From Catajapyx aquilonaris (lineage: Eukaryota): DNA of 53,272 nt. The notes under the pieces are model-generated. The model searched no databases. It saw nothing but the letters and a program-made list of their open reading frames with translations, and was not told the DNA's origin. The stretch lies in NCBI GenBank assembly GCA_000934665.2, contig KZ538694.1:1-53272 (forward strand), written 5' to 3'. Each line of letters opens with the position of its first letter. Positions within the stretch are counted from its first letter, which is position 1. A program made the position numbers and the translations under genes. Positions 38,858 through 51,704 of this stretch are shown here, in pieces.

Positions 38858-39803
38858 ACCTGGAAGGAAAGTTAGATCATAGGGTAGGTTGGTACAGCTT
38901 GCCCCTACCCCTTCCAAATTCGGTCAGCCGATATGATAGTCCTTCCGTAATTTTTGCAACGATTATACAGCAGTTTGGAGACACAAGTAGTGGGCGTAAT
39001 AGCCTTTCAAAATCATCCATCGTTTGATGAACGATCTTCTTGAAGGGAGTCTGCATGTGTCAACCATTTTGTCAATATATTCGCCATTTTTTTGTGGATA
39101 TCTCAGTACGAATATTTAGATAGCAAATGTCTGTGTTTTAGAGCGTACACTATTTAATCTGACGTTTCTGAGGTCACTCAAGAGGAAGATTAAGCCCTGG
39201 GATTTTCGAGTGAAGACGGTTTCGTTAGCCTTATTACCCAAGGAAATCCTGCCCGGGAGACGAAAACCTTGAAGATGCGCAGTGGTGCGAAAATCTGAAA
39301 GAACAATCTTGTTCTCACCTTTAAAGAAGTTAATTTTCGAAAAGCTTTCCCTCTCGCAGAATATTCTAAGCTAGGAATTAGCTATAGTAGTTTTTTTGTG
39401 TAGTTCTAAATGAGATACCCATACCCTATACCTTTTTAAGCATATCGTTAACTAACACTAGTATAGGAATGATAATCGCCGTTCCACACGAAAACCTAGA
39501 TAATTGCTATATCGTAATCGAAGCGTGCGAATTATCGTGCCAAACTCTAGGAAAGTCCGACTACCAGAAATGTTATTAGGGATTTGTAACCAACACGGTT
39601 ATTAATATGTACTATTGCTACTGTTTGATCAAAGGGATGCTTTTGGGCGGTTCTAGCGACGAATGGCAGGAATTCACATGCAGATATTGCGAATTTGGGC
39701 GTTGCCAAATTTTGACACTAGATGGTGCTGGTGCTAGGACTAGTTGGCCGTTTGGTCCGTTTGTAGTATACATATAAACGGAAAATTTATTATAAGTTGA
39801 ACC

Positions 39804-39946
39804 CAAGGGGTTAGCAACTCCCTGGAACCGGTGTACACACTGGCCAAGGAACCAGGTGGAACCGGGTGGAACCAGCCTGGAATCGGGTGGAGCCTCCCGG
39901 TTCCAGGATCTGGTGTACACTTTTTTGGGAAGTTGCTAACCCCTTG
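39804..39946. mobile_element. hAT-type MITE
   Basis: TIR CAAGGGGTTAGCAACT/AGTTGCTAACCCCTTG; perfect 8-bp TSD GTTGAACC. Confidence 0.9.
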
Positions 39947-40063
39947 GTTGAACCTTATAACTCGCCTGCGACGGCCCGCTGTCGACGGAAACGGCCTGCT
40001 GACGTCACTGCGGTCAGAAGCCACGCCCCTGTTTTTCCCGCTAATTTGCGAGTCACTTTTAAA

Positions 40064-40846
40064 TCGGGCTGTGCGATATGTCGATACGATTTTTTCCTAA
40101 TATCGAAGTTGCGATATCCAACGCTTGGCATGTGCGATGTATCGAATATCGCAATTTTTCGATGTCAGTTTTCGATTTTTTTAAGATTTCGGTTCGATGA
40201 TGGTTTTCGATACTTTTTGATGACGATTCGATGTCGTGTTTCGCTATTTTTCGATTTCGGTTCGATGTTGGTTTTCGATATTTTTTGATGACGTTCGATG
40301 TCGGTTCGATGTCAGATTTCGATATTTTTCGATTTCGGTTCGATGTCGTGTTTCGCTATTTTTCGATGTCGGTTCGATGTCGGGTTTCGATATTTTTCGA
40401 TTTCGGTTCGATGGGTTTTCGATATTTCTCGATGTCGGTTCGATGCCGGTTTTCGATTTCGGTTCGATGTTGGGTTTCGATATTTTTCGATGTCGGTTCG
40501 ATGTCAGGTTTCGCTATTTTTCGATTTCGGTTCGATGGGTTTTCGATATTTCTCGATATCGGTTCGATGCCGGTTTTCGATATTTTTCGATTTCGGTTCG
40601 ATGTTGGTTTTCGATATTTTTTGATGACGGTTCGATGTCGTGTTTCGCTATTTTTCGATGTCTGTTCGATGTCGGTTTTCGATATTTTTCGATGTCGGTT
40701 TTTTGATTTTTGATATATCGACTTCGGCTCGATGTCAGTTTTCGATATTCTTCGATGTCGGTTTTTTGATTTTCGATATATCAACTTCGATTCGATATTT
40801 TAAGTATCGAAAGTCGATATGCAATTTCGGATATCGCACATCCCTA
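40064..40846. mobile_element. hAT-type MITE, same family as 38565 (opposite orientation), internally expanded
   Basis: T.GGGCTGTGCGATAT...ATATCGCACATCCCTA ends; perfect 8-bp TSD CTTTTAAA; TTCGAT/TCGGTTCGATG array. Confidence 0.9.
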
Positions 40847-41987
40847 CTTTTAAACCTCCGATAATTTATCGAGGAATGACATTTTGGTTCCTAAAAGTGG
40901 TGGAATGCATGTCTATAAGTATGGTTGAGCTATTCGCGTACAAATTACCCAAATTTACCCCCCCCCCCCCATTCATATATTTTTTGTACCATCCATGACC
41001 ATGGAATGACACTTCTACTAGTAGTTTAATAATTGTATAACCTGTACATATGACACTTGATGAAGAAATACCGTCTTCTCTTGTCCCCTGGACGTTCCAT
41101 TCCAACTACTGCTTCCAGGGGTCGCGTTTTGGTCCCCCCCTCCCCTCCCCACATCGGACCCTCTCCTCCATAACCCTACCCCTAAAGGAAGTGAAGTTCC
41201 CCAAATTCCAGCTCTTGCCTTTTCCCTCCCAACCAAACAGCGTGGATCTCGATATTTTAAATTCCTCTCTTGGACCAAAGAGCCAATTCTCCTCGCCTCG
41301 CTCCGCCCTGCAATTTCCTGGGAGATTACTTTCCCTGGATTCATCTGCACTCTATATCAATATTGTAGTGACTATATAGAGCCTGAGAGGCTTGCTATAT
41401 GCTAGGTGGTCCCCCTTTCTTAGAGGAATAATCAAGAGTGCTCGTAAAGTTTTCTAGCTTTAAAATTTTTTCGTTGGACTTAACAGTTAGCTTGATTACA
41501 GTCCTATATGAAAATAATTTTTTTGAAGAAAAATGAGAGGAGTGTGGTGAAAAAATGTGACAACCCTCAAAAGTGTGAGCTTAGTTACAACAGTCATATT
41601 TGGTGACACGAGTTGTGACCCACACAAAGTTTATTATGTTCAATTTGAACCCTGGTGCATACCATGGTTCGCGAAAAAATATTAGAAAATATTTTGCAGA
41701 ATTACCATGTTAATTTTCAATGTGCCAAATTCTTGGGCATGTGACGGATGGAATGCAAAACGTCACATTTCAGAGGAAAACTAATTCCATTGACGAATTC
41801 CCCTCGTGTTTTACTTTCATTTGGTTCGTTGTTGATTAGGTTTTGACTACTTCCACTAACCGACACAAATTATACCAAAAAATGCCTAATTATCACCCCT
41901 TTTCCTAATTTCTCGATTTTTTTTTCCTTCCATAGTATTGCGCAATTTGGCTGAAACTGATACGTATGCAGCGTTATGGAATAGATA

Positions 41988-42394
41988 CAGTGCTGGACAT
42001 ATTAGCCGTCGCTGAATGTTTTTTTCCGGCGGCTGCGGCGGCGGCGTTACCTGGCAACCCTGTCCGGCGGGCCAATTCAAACATCAGCCCATGGAGAGCG
42101 CTTCCATGGTTGCCACTGTTTACAAATCGAGTGAGTGACGCGGACGACCCAGCGACGGGTCTCTTCTGCCTGATTACACAGTATCTGCAGGGATATGCAG
42201 GAGAAAACGGGGAAAATAATGATGTTAGAAGCAATAAGTCATTTTGGGGCCACTTACTCGATTTGTAAACAGTGGCAACAATGGAAGCGCTCTCCATGGG
42301 CTGATGTTTGAATTGGCCCGCCGGACAGGGTTGCCAGGTAACGCCGCCGCCGGAAAAAAAAAACATTCAGCGACGGCTATTATGTCCAGCACTG
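41988..42394. mobile_element. Tc1/mariner-type MITE
   Basis: TA|CAGTGCTGGACAT...ATGTCCAGCACTG|TA with ~145-bp TIRs; second copy at 53092. Confidence 0.92.
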
Positions 42395-43363
42395 TACAGC
42401 TGTGATTTTTTTCCAAAAAAAAATCCGAGATGGCCTTTTGATTTTGACAATTTTAGTTTTTTGAATGCCCCGAGGTCAAAAACAAATTGATTACAAAATG
42501 AATGGCCACTATGAGTTACGTGTGACCTATGGCGATGAATTTCCATAGACAGATTTTTTTTTTTGATATTTTGTTGTCCTCTGCAGATTTCCTTAGAAGA
42601 TAATGCAAAATATATGTTACGATGTCAGAAGCTTATGGTCCTTGCCAATGACAGAATAATCTGAATCCTACCACCTGATTGTGGCAACCAATCTCTACAT
42701 TCTTGTAGTATGCTGAGAGTATGGCTTAAGTTGGATCGATCTTTTTAAAGTGAACTATAGCGGAACACACCTTTAAAACGGCTAATTGTTTTAAATTTTT
42801 TTTTGACCTGCTTAAAGTTGGGCTTAAAAATATCAATACGTATAATTTGGATTCCCCTGTGATTAAAATTTGATTAGAGAGGGTTTTAGACCACCAACCG
42901 TAACTGAATCTGTCGTCATGAAAATTGCAAGCGGACTACATTCCTCCATGTTTACATCCCTCTTACAGGTCCCTGGGAGAGTAAATATTTGTTTATTTCC
43001 GACCGGCTAAATGCCTTTATTGGCTCATGTACTGATTCAAAATGTGTTGGTCCATGATATTGAGTAGCCTTTAAAAAATTGATCTGAAAATCAGGTCTTT
43101 TGATTATTTTTTAATCATGTTTATGTATGTCACTATTTTTTTTAAGCAGCCGACTTGGATAGTATACCAGCCGGTACCTGCTAACACTGATTACAACATG
43201 TGTGCAAATCCCCGTCAAATTGATGTCAACTTTCCAACCTGACAGGTCGTCTTAATTCTACCATCTGCACCTACAGATAAACCCCATTTGAGCCATCAAA
43301 TGACTTAATCTATATTCACTGGTTGAATAGTTCAGTACCTAGCTATCCATCCAAGAGTCAACA

Positions 43364-46300
43364 ATGGGTGAGGGGATATGGAGCAATGTGTTTACCCTAG
43401 CACGTGAAAATGGTGGAGCAACCTACTATGGTCAGGAAATCCACCTACCAGCCTTCTATTTGCTACACTGGCAATTTTTGCCTATATGTGTAGCCGCCTT
43501 GACCATTATGAGTGTTCTGGCTCTGCTGACCCCGGTCATCAAAAGGCCCACCTCAACTCTCATTATGGTAAGTGCCAACAATGGTCACTTTTTTTTTTCT
43601 TTTTTTCGAGAGGTGTCTTAGGAGATTTGGACCTACCCTTTTGTGCTAGACCCATTTGGAGGTTCTAATGGAGCTTGGTCAGCGTAATTCTACTCGCGTT
43701 TGCCGACCGTGCAAGTGGAGTCGTTTGTAGCTCTTGTAAAAATTTTGACGACGAAACGTGAGGTCATGTGGGGTCAGAGGTCATAGGGCGTGACGTAATT
43801 GCTGATGGTGGCTGGCCCATTAGTTATTCAGCTATGTAAGTTTTAATTTTAATTTAATTATTGTACAAGTAGTTATTTTTATTTTATTGTACAAGTAGTT
43901 ATTTGTGTAGTTTTTATATTGTACAAGTAGTTATTTTATTTTATTGTACAAGTAATTTTTATTTTATTGTACAAGTAATTTTTATTTTATTGTACAAGTA
44001 GTTATTTTTATTTTATTGTACAAGTAGTTATTTTTATTTTACTGTACAAGTAGTTATTTGTGTAGTTTTTATATTGTACAAGTAGTTATTTTTATTTTAT
44101 TGTACAAGTAGTTATTTATTGCACAAGTAGTTGTACACTGGTTGTACAAGTAGTTATTTATTGCACAAGTAGTTGTACACTGGTTGTACAAGTAGTTGTA
44201 CAAGTAGTTATTTATTGCACAAGTAGTTATTGTAAAAGTAGTTATTGTACAAGTAGTTATTTTCTGTTTACGTAATTTTTATGTCAAATTTTATGATAAT
44301 TTTTTATAAATAATGACCTGACCTGACCTTTCTCAATATTTGTGCTTAAAATAATTATGTCTGTATTTAAGGTGATTACTGCGTTGTTACTGTCAGCTGG
44401 TCTGGCCTTGTATTTTGAGTACGGATTACGTCATTCCAATGTTGATAAAGCAAATAGATCCGGTTTTAAGGGCGTGGTCTTAAGATTGTACAAACACGTC
44501 AAAGATTTGCAACAATAACCGCAAATTGCTTAAGTCCGATCCGGACTTTAGTCATCTTAATGATGGCTGAAAATTGGTTTAATAATTAATTTAATTTAAT
44601 ACGGGATGTACTTGTATGTACTTACTGTGCTGTACACAGTACTGTACTGCATATGTACTGTACTCTACATATGACATATGTCAACGTACTGTACTCTACA
44701 CAGTACATAGGTATGTACGGTACTCTACATAGTACATAGGTATGTACTGTATGTATTTGAGCATCAGCTTCAAAACTGGCACCATACTCGTTACTCACCA
44801 CCCAACTTTTAGACTGGCATAATTCGGATACCCTCCAAAAATGTATGTGACATATCAACGGTACTACATCTTCATTTTCAGCTTGGCGTAGTATTAATCT
44901 CGGATCCCGTTGACCGTTGGGCCATGCCCATTTTTTTGGCGGAACTAACGGTGGACGGGACCCCTTTTCATTGAATTTTTTAACCACACGCGTGTTGACC
45001 ACACGTTGATTTGCATGACTTGCCGCTCTATCGCTGGGGTATTTACGTTGGCCAGATCCTCATGAATGTAATGTTTAGTTCCGTTCCCCAATCTGCCGTA
45101 CTGAGCTCGTGATTTTTAATGTAATCGATGCTACTAAATTTGCGGTACCCACGTGTCCAGGTCCTAAAGATGGCGGCTAAAATTTAACGGAAATTTTACA
45201 GGTCATCAACGGTCTTCTGAGCATCCTGGCCATTACGTATTGTATGCTGATACCTGATTGGCAATATGGAAGTATACCGGTACGGACTAGCTTGTCGTAC
45301 TGGACACCAAACGACGTACTGAATACCACTTTAGGTCTGCACATCGGACTTTCGGCAGTCAACATTACGTTGATAGATTCGTCAGCTAATTCGCATGTGT
45401 ACTTTAACGAACAAGTTGACCTTTGGACTGTGGCTGACATGCCTGACCAGTACCGTACTGCGTTGGAACGTGGTCTTCCAGAACCCATACTGGCTGTGAT
45501 GGAGTACATATGTATGAAGGACTTTCCATGGCCATACTGGGTAGTACATGCTGGATACACAGGTCGGGTCACACTTGCTGCTGCCGCAACATCGTGGACA
45601 CTAGCGCACATTCTGGTTGCAGCACTTCCTAGGTATGGTGCGTACATGACCGGGGTCACTGGTGTACTGATGACTCTGGCGGTCATCCAGTACTGGTTTA
45701 TGGGCATTGAGTTTCCTGTGGTGTATGTACGTGGTGGAGGGTTCCTCCACGTACGGTTTGGGTACAGCTTCTGGTGTTGCTTGGCTGTTGGACTCTGGAC
45801 ATTTTGTTATGGTGTGACTGTGGCTGTTGCTGACCATTTGCAACCGGATCGTTTCTTGACCTCTATGGATGTGGACTTTGACCGAAAGGAGGCGGTCAGT
45901 CATGTTGGGAAAGGACCGAACATCAGCCTGATTGGTCGTGCACCATCTCCAAGGTTGGTAAAATATTTATGTCAAAACATTATTCGAGTAGACTTTTCTC
46001 ATTGTCAAGGAAATTGGACAACAGTGACATATAATGTCAGTCTCATTTCCGAAGAGTTGACCTTGGCCCGGATAACCGGGTGAACCCGGATAACCCGGTG
46101 AACCCGGATAACCCGGTGAACCCGGATAACCAGGTGAACCCGGATAACCGCTAGTTAACCGCTGCATCCGAATCCGAAAGCCGTTTGTCGTTATCTCTTA
46201 CAGTTTAGGCTTGTTTAGGTCATGATACCTGTTCACAGACTTTTTAAAATTAGAAATAGTCTAATAATAGTGTAAAAAGTCAATTTAATGCACATATTTA

Positions 46301-47234
46301 TTACACCCATAATAGAATTTAATAGAGCAGATATACAACTATTGTCTAAATTTTTTGTCACATTCACTATGCTAAACAGGAAATCAATCCATGCAGTGTG
46401 ACATGTAGAGTATATTAATATTTTAATTAACTTTATGTAGTTCAGTACCCAAACAAAGCGATGATTTGCATTAAATTGCTGTTAATTTTATGCCACTTTA
46501 TCGCATACAATATTTGATATCCGTAATATTGTTCGCAAACACTATTAATTACAAAACTATTTAGCACGAACATGCGGTACTACAGTATAACTCTCCAATT
46601 AATAGAAACTGCGACAAACTAACATCCTTAATAGAATCAATAGAGTGATCTATCCTTTATATCGATTCGTCAGGTGCTGATTATTCCTCAGCTCATTTGC
46701 AAATCCATAATATTCTGTTAATTGCCCCATTACCTCTTACTATTGCTTCTCACTCCAATAATGAGATTGTGCTAAAAAAAACCAAAGTGTAATCAGCAAT
46801 AAGCGACAAAATTTGGCAAATTGTTACACAAACACACTCATAACCATTTACCTTCTCTAGAGAGGGTAAATGGTTAAGAGTGCAGAGATCATAAAATTTT
46901 GAATTTTTTGGGGACCCTTTTCGAGTTAAACGTGGTGTAGAATTGGCTCAAAAAAAGTGCTAGGCAATTATGAAGAATAGCGCTGAGGGCTANAGGCAAT
47001 TATGAAGAATAGCGCTGAGGGCTAGCGATTTAAAATTTCGGCCACAATAGTCACTGAAACTGATAGTACTTCGGGGTGCAAAATTGATGACGGACTGGGC
47101 TCGGTTTTAAAGCAAAACTAGGTCAGGTTTTGGGGAAGTCAAATTGCGGCTGTATTAATAGTACGGTGGAGTTATTAAATATTCATTATTTTTGCAGGTC
47201 TCCTCGAGTTCCAAATTTGGTCAAGGCCTGCTAG
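43364..47234 (+). CDS. DUOXA: Dual oxidase maturation factor (DUOXA/moladietz-NIP family), ~330 aa; exons 43364-43567, 45202-45953, 47198-47234
   Basis: Family-like motifs ARENGGATYY, LGLHIGLSAVNITL, YFNEQ, YRTALERGLPEPILAVMEY, AGY and FGYSFWCCL, plus several hydrophobic helices. GT-AG introns in phase 0 and 2 give a 993-nt frame; the last exon is less certain. Confidence 0.88.
43860..44262. repeat. Intronic minisatellite (TTGTACAAGTAGTTATT core)
   Basis: Directly visible. Confidence 0.95.
46068..46149. repeat. 18-bp tandem repeat (CCCGGATAACCCGGTGAA) in a DINE-like element in DUOXA intron 2
   Basis: About 4.5 copies. Confidence 0.95.
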
Positions 47235-47412
47235 ACATGTGAGTACAGTCTAGGATTGTGTATAATTGCCCACCTCCCCAGATGTGTCCGAGTGTGACAT
47301 AGTTACATAGATTAAGCTATGACTATATCACGATGTCATGCTGTATGAGAATATTCGATACCTTAAATAAACGTGTTCCGAACCAAACGCAACGTGAGCG
47401 ACTGTCGAATAA

Positions 47413-48222
47413 TAACGGTCATTTTAAAGTCTCTTTCAAACGGTCATTTTCAAACTGCCATTTTCTGACGGTCATTTTGTACCGGTCATTTTCTAACTGT
47501 AATTTTAACGCTCAATTTCTACCTGCTATTTTGTAACGGTCTTTTTCTAGCGCGCATTTTATAATGCTCATTTTATAACTAATTTTAACGCTCAATTTTA
47601 AAGGTCTTTTTCAGTCTTTTTCTAACTGTAATTTTCTAACTTATTTTTAACGGTAAACACTCATTTTCTAACCGATTTTAAACGGTAGTTGTAAACACTC
47701 ATTTTCTACCGGTAATTTTCGAACTGTAATTTTAACGGTAATTTTAACGCTCAATTTCTAACGGCTATTTTGTAACGGTCTTTTTCTAACGCTCATTTTC
47801 TAATGCTCATTTTCTAACAGTCTTTTTCGAACTGTAATTTTAACGGTAATTTTAACGCTCAATTTCTAACGGCTATTTTGTAACGGCCCTTTTCTAACGC
47901 TCATTTTCTAATGCTCATTTTCTAACTGTAATTTTAACTCTCAATTTTTAACGGTCTTTTTCTCAGTATTTTTCTGTCATTTTTAACGATCATTTTCTAA
48001 CTGTCTTTTTCTAACTATCTTTTTCTAACTGTAATTTTCTAACTTATTTTTAACGGCAATTGTGAACATTCATTTTCTACCGGTAATTTCCGAACTGTAA
48101 TTTTAACGCTCAATTTCTACCGGCTATTTTGTAACGATCTTTTTCTAACGCTCATTTTCTACCTGTAATTTTAACGCTCAATTTTTAACGGTCTTTTTCT
48201 AACTGTAATTTTTTAACGGTCT
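47413..48222. repeat. Degenerate T-rich satellite (TTTTCTAAC[G/T]G core)
   Basis: Directly visible. Confidence 0.9.
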
Positions 48223-49291
48223 TACCAAAGATTGATCGACTCATCAGCCCTTTAAAATTGATAAAAGCGACTCATTATCACGCAGACTATTAACATTACG
48301 GCCTTTATTATCTTCTCCTATCGTTTTCCCTGGCCTTACCTGGAAATTAGCCTCCTAATGGGCCTCACTTGCAACGTACCCCCGCCCCAAAGCAAGCTTT
48401 GAGCATAAATTCGGCTTCCGTTGGGCCCCCCTTATTAGATATATGTTGGCCCTTTTCAGGGGAATAGAAGCCTTTTAACTAGGTTGGTTTTGCGTCAAAC
48501 GCTGCCTGGACGTATCGTATCGTACGAGAAAAGCCCTTTTGATGGAAAGAGGATGCGACTTTCTGAATCATGGTTAAGGGGGTGGGATCCAAAAGGATGA
48601 GACTAGGCTAGGTTTTTGAATAAATTTTGATACGAGCATGTTTCATGGGGCATCATTTACATAGGGTATGGTATGGTGTTGAATTTGTCATTAATTTCTG
48701 AGTGCATGTTGCTAATTTGGAACAAGTTCTAACCCTTTTTAAAGGCAACAATGGCTTTTTAGAAATTAGTGATGTCATATGCTGTTAATTGTTTCAAAAT
48801 AGTGGGTCCTATTGTTGATTGATTATTGTGAGACTACAATAGCAGTATATGACGACAAATCGAGTAATAAAAGTACAGGAAATCCAATTCTGCGTTGATA
48901 TTAAAGCGGTTTGAAAAATAAGCTCAGCTTTAAGAGTTAGCTGGAGTAATATGCAAATTTTTGTATCGCTCTAAATCCTCTTGGTATCTATATGCGTTCA
49001 TTTTTTTTTGCAGCAACGAAAAGCGGATTGCGAGCGTAACGGAGCACAATCACGGAAAAGCTCTGTCAATATGCCGTAGGAAAGTGTTGGCCCAACGTTG
49101 ATAGTCAGTCATTCGAAGTCGATTTAATTTGTTAAAAGTGAATGTATATTTAACTTTAAATTTGGCTGTGCTTTTGCAACTGTGGAATTGTGGGTAGTTG
49201 ATGAAATATGTTATCATGAAAATTGTACGTTATGTGGGCAAATATATAGCCATATGCTAAAATATTATGCAGTTTTATTTTCCCCAAAATA

Positions 49292-49775
49292 ATAATAATT
49301 CATACCCCGTTATCAGCTCTTTAAGGGGGATATACAGGGTGGTCCAAGTTCAAGTGTCGTTTTATAACGGCGATTAATAGAAGCGCTTAACGATGACGTA
49401 GCAGCGACGTGTAAAATTGCCCACTTCGATTGCGCCGAAGATGCGCCGAAGTGGGACATTTTACGCGTCGCTGCTACGTCATCGCAAAATCACTGCTATT
49501 AATCGCCGTTATAAAACGACACTTGAACTTGGACCACCCTGTATATATTTTTTGACTGGAACTCTTCGTTTCGTTTTTTACTGCGTTTTTTGGGATAGGA
49601 TAGGAAAGGAAGGAGGCGGCGGTGGCCTATTAGTTTAGGAAACAACTCCGGAATTTTCCTGGAGGAACCGTGGGAAACCACAGAAAACCACTAGAGTTGC
49701 CGGCACCGGGATTCGAACCCAGGACCTCCCGATTAGCAGACGGATACCATATCCCCTCCGCCACCACTGCTTTGG
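49292..49775 (-). mobile_element. SINE family 1 copy interrupted by a mariner-type MITE
   Basis: Head with GGTTCGAATCC B-box at ~49708-49720; TSD TTATTTTCCCC(A/T)AAATA. Confidence 0.88.
49335..49541. mobile_element. Tc1/mariner-type MITE
   Basis: TA|CAGGGTGGTCCAAG...CTTGGACCACCCTG|TA; 46-bp perfect arms that extend further imperfectly. Confidence 0.93.
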
Positions 49776-51433
49776 TTATTTTCCCCTAAATAGCTTTTTA
49801 TTCAGGTTTCAATGGCCAAGATATACATTTTAAATACTAATACGCAAAGAAAATTTGTACACAATTTTCAGACAATTTTGAACTATTACTGACCACTATT
49901 TGCTATCGATTTACTACTCGATTTTTTCAGTGTTCTGTTTATAAATTGAACAAAACAATGTCTATGATTCAATAAATTAGTCCTACATTGTTTCAATTAC
50001 AACTCTTCATTCCTTTGATAAACATATTTGCAAAAAAAATAAATTGAACATTCCAATAATCACTCGCAAAATATTGAGGAGGCCATAGCAATATTTGTAC
50101 AGAAAAGTACTTTTTTGAATTGCAACGAACCTGCTAATACCAAATCCAAAAAAAAATGGTAGATTGCAGTTCTTAGGGAGATATACCATTGCAGCTTTCA
50201 GAAGCGAGTAAAAGGCTGGTTACGAATTGAAAAGACGACTAATGGAAAAAAGCATTCGTCGTCCCCAATCTCCACTGCACTAATTCTTTCCAAGTGCTCT
50301 TCACAATATCGATTCCCTAACGCCAACAAAAGAACTACCAAAATCTTCCAACCCCATGTTAATTTTTCCGCCATGCCCAATTTTTCCGCTAGAATTTTAT
50401 ATGTAAAAAAAAAAAATCGTAAAAATTCCATCATTGCAACTTGCACGACACTTGATGATTAAAAATGATGAAGGTGTTGATAATTAGAAGCGGAGGTTGT
50501 TAAGAAGCTCAAGTTAGATTATTAAAGCACATTTTGAGGAGCTAATGGTAAAGGATGAGGAGTGTTGGAAGGGAAAAGGGAAGGGCAAACTGGAAAGCTT
50601 ATTAGACCAGTCTATGCTCGAAGACTGCGTAGTTGGGGTCCAAATTGATAAGGAAGTACGGCAAAATGCTCTAGTGCACTTTGAAAGTTCAAAGGAGGCG
50701 TTACGTAAGAGGATATCGCCTACTAGACCTCATTATATCGGTGGAAAACTTGTCAGTGTTAGAAGTCAGCAAGAATTTTATTTCTGATTTTTTATATAGA
50801 ATGTACCACAAGAAGCTAACGTGTGAAGATGGCACAAAATATGAAATGTAATATTTTGGAAATATAGTTAAGACCCATTCACACTGCCCGTTGACGGTCA
50901 CGTTGACGCCGCCGACCAATCAGAGGCTGTACAGATATACCTCTACAGTCTGCAAGTACGTAGGCTACTGTAAACTGTACTTTGTCTAAAAATCGGGCAA
51001 AAAATCATGATTCCGAGGGTATAAGCAGTTTTTCTTAGAGACGAACGGTAAGGCCAGGGCAAGCCGTCAAAGTCTCAGAATTTGCGTCGTCTGCTAATGA
51101 GCTGCACCGCCAGTCTAGCCCATCCCACTAGTCCGTGCCGCCACCGGGTACTAGGCGAAACTGGTTTTGTCCTGAAAGTCGGGTCTGGTCGGGAGGTGGC
51201 CGGATGAAGACTGTGGCACGGGCCAAAGATGGCTGAGGATTATCCCAATTTCTGCCCAGACCCGGGAGAGGCGCTGCTCTGTTGCGCCAGATTCGAATTG
51301 CTGAAATTTGACGGCTCGCCCTGGCCTTACCGTTCGTCTCCCAGGAAAACTGCTTATACCCTCGGAATCAGGACTTTTTGCCCGACTTTTAGAGCCCAAC
51401 TTGTATTTTGAGTGGAGTGTCCCTTTAATTTTA

Positions 51434-51704
51434 GGGAGGCATTGTGGTCTAGTGGTTACGCGACTGGTCAGCCAAGCGGGAGGCCGGGGTTCAAATTCCG
51501 TCCCCGTCACCTCTGCTGGGTCTGGTATTTTTCCGCTTTTCACCCGACATGCCGGGGCAGAATTGCACTCCCTACTCTGCTCAGGGGCAGGAGAAAAGGC
51601 CTGGTGTTTGAGTCTCAGAAATGATTACCGCAGAGCGCCCTCCCTTGGGAACCTCCCCCACTAAGAGGGCCTCGGGCCCTATCACAGTGTATTTAAAAAA
51701 AAAA
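51434..51704 (+). mobile_element. tRNA-derived SINE family 2
   Basis: A-box TGGTCTAGTGG, B-box-like GGTTCAAATTCC, 3' tail similar to family 1, terminal A-run. Confidence 0.75.

Noticed and set aside
40231..40864. Stacked ORFs in several frames
   Set aside because: By-product of a stop-poor tandem repeat inside a MITE
41018..41379. Overlapping ~110-aa ORFs
   Set aside because: No recognisable motif or convincing splice structure
41966..42490. ORFs on both strands
   Set aside because: They lie within the long TIRs of a MITE
45954..46083. ORF-track C-terminus of DUOXA
   Set aside because: Runs into a dispersed repeat; a phase-2 splice to 47198 is more plausible
46962..47024. Exact ~30-bp tandem duplication
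   Set aside because: Separated by a single N; likely a contig-join artefact
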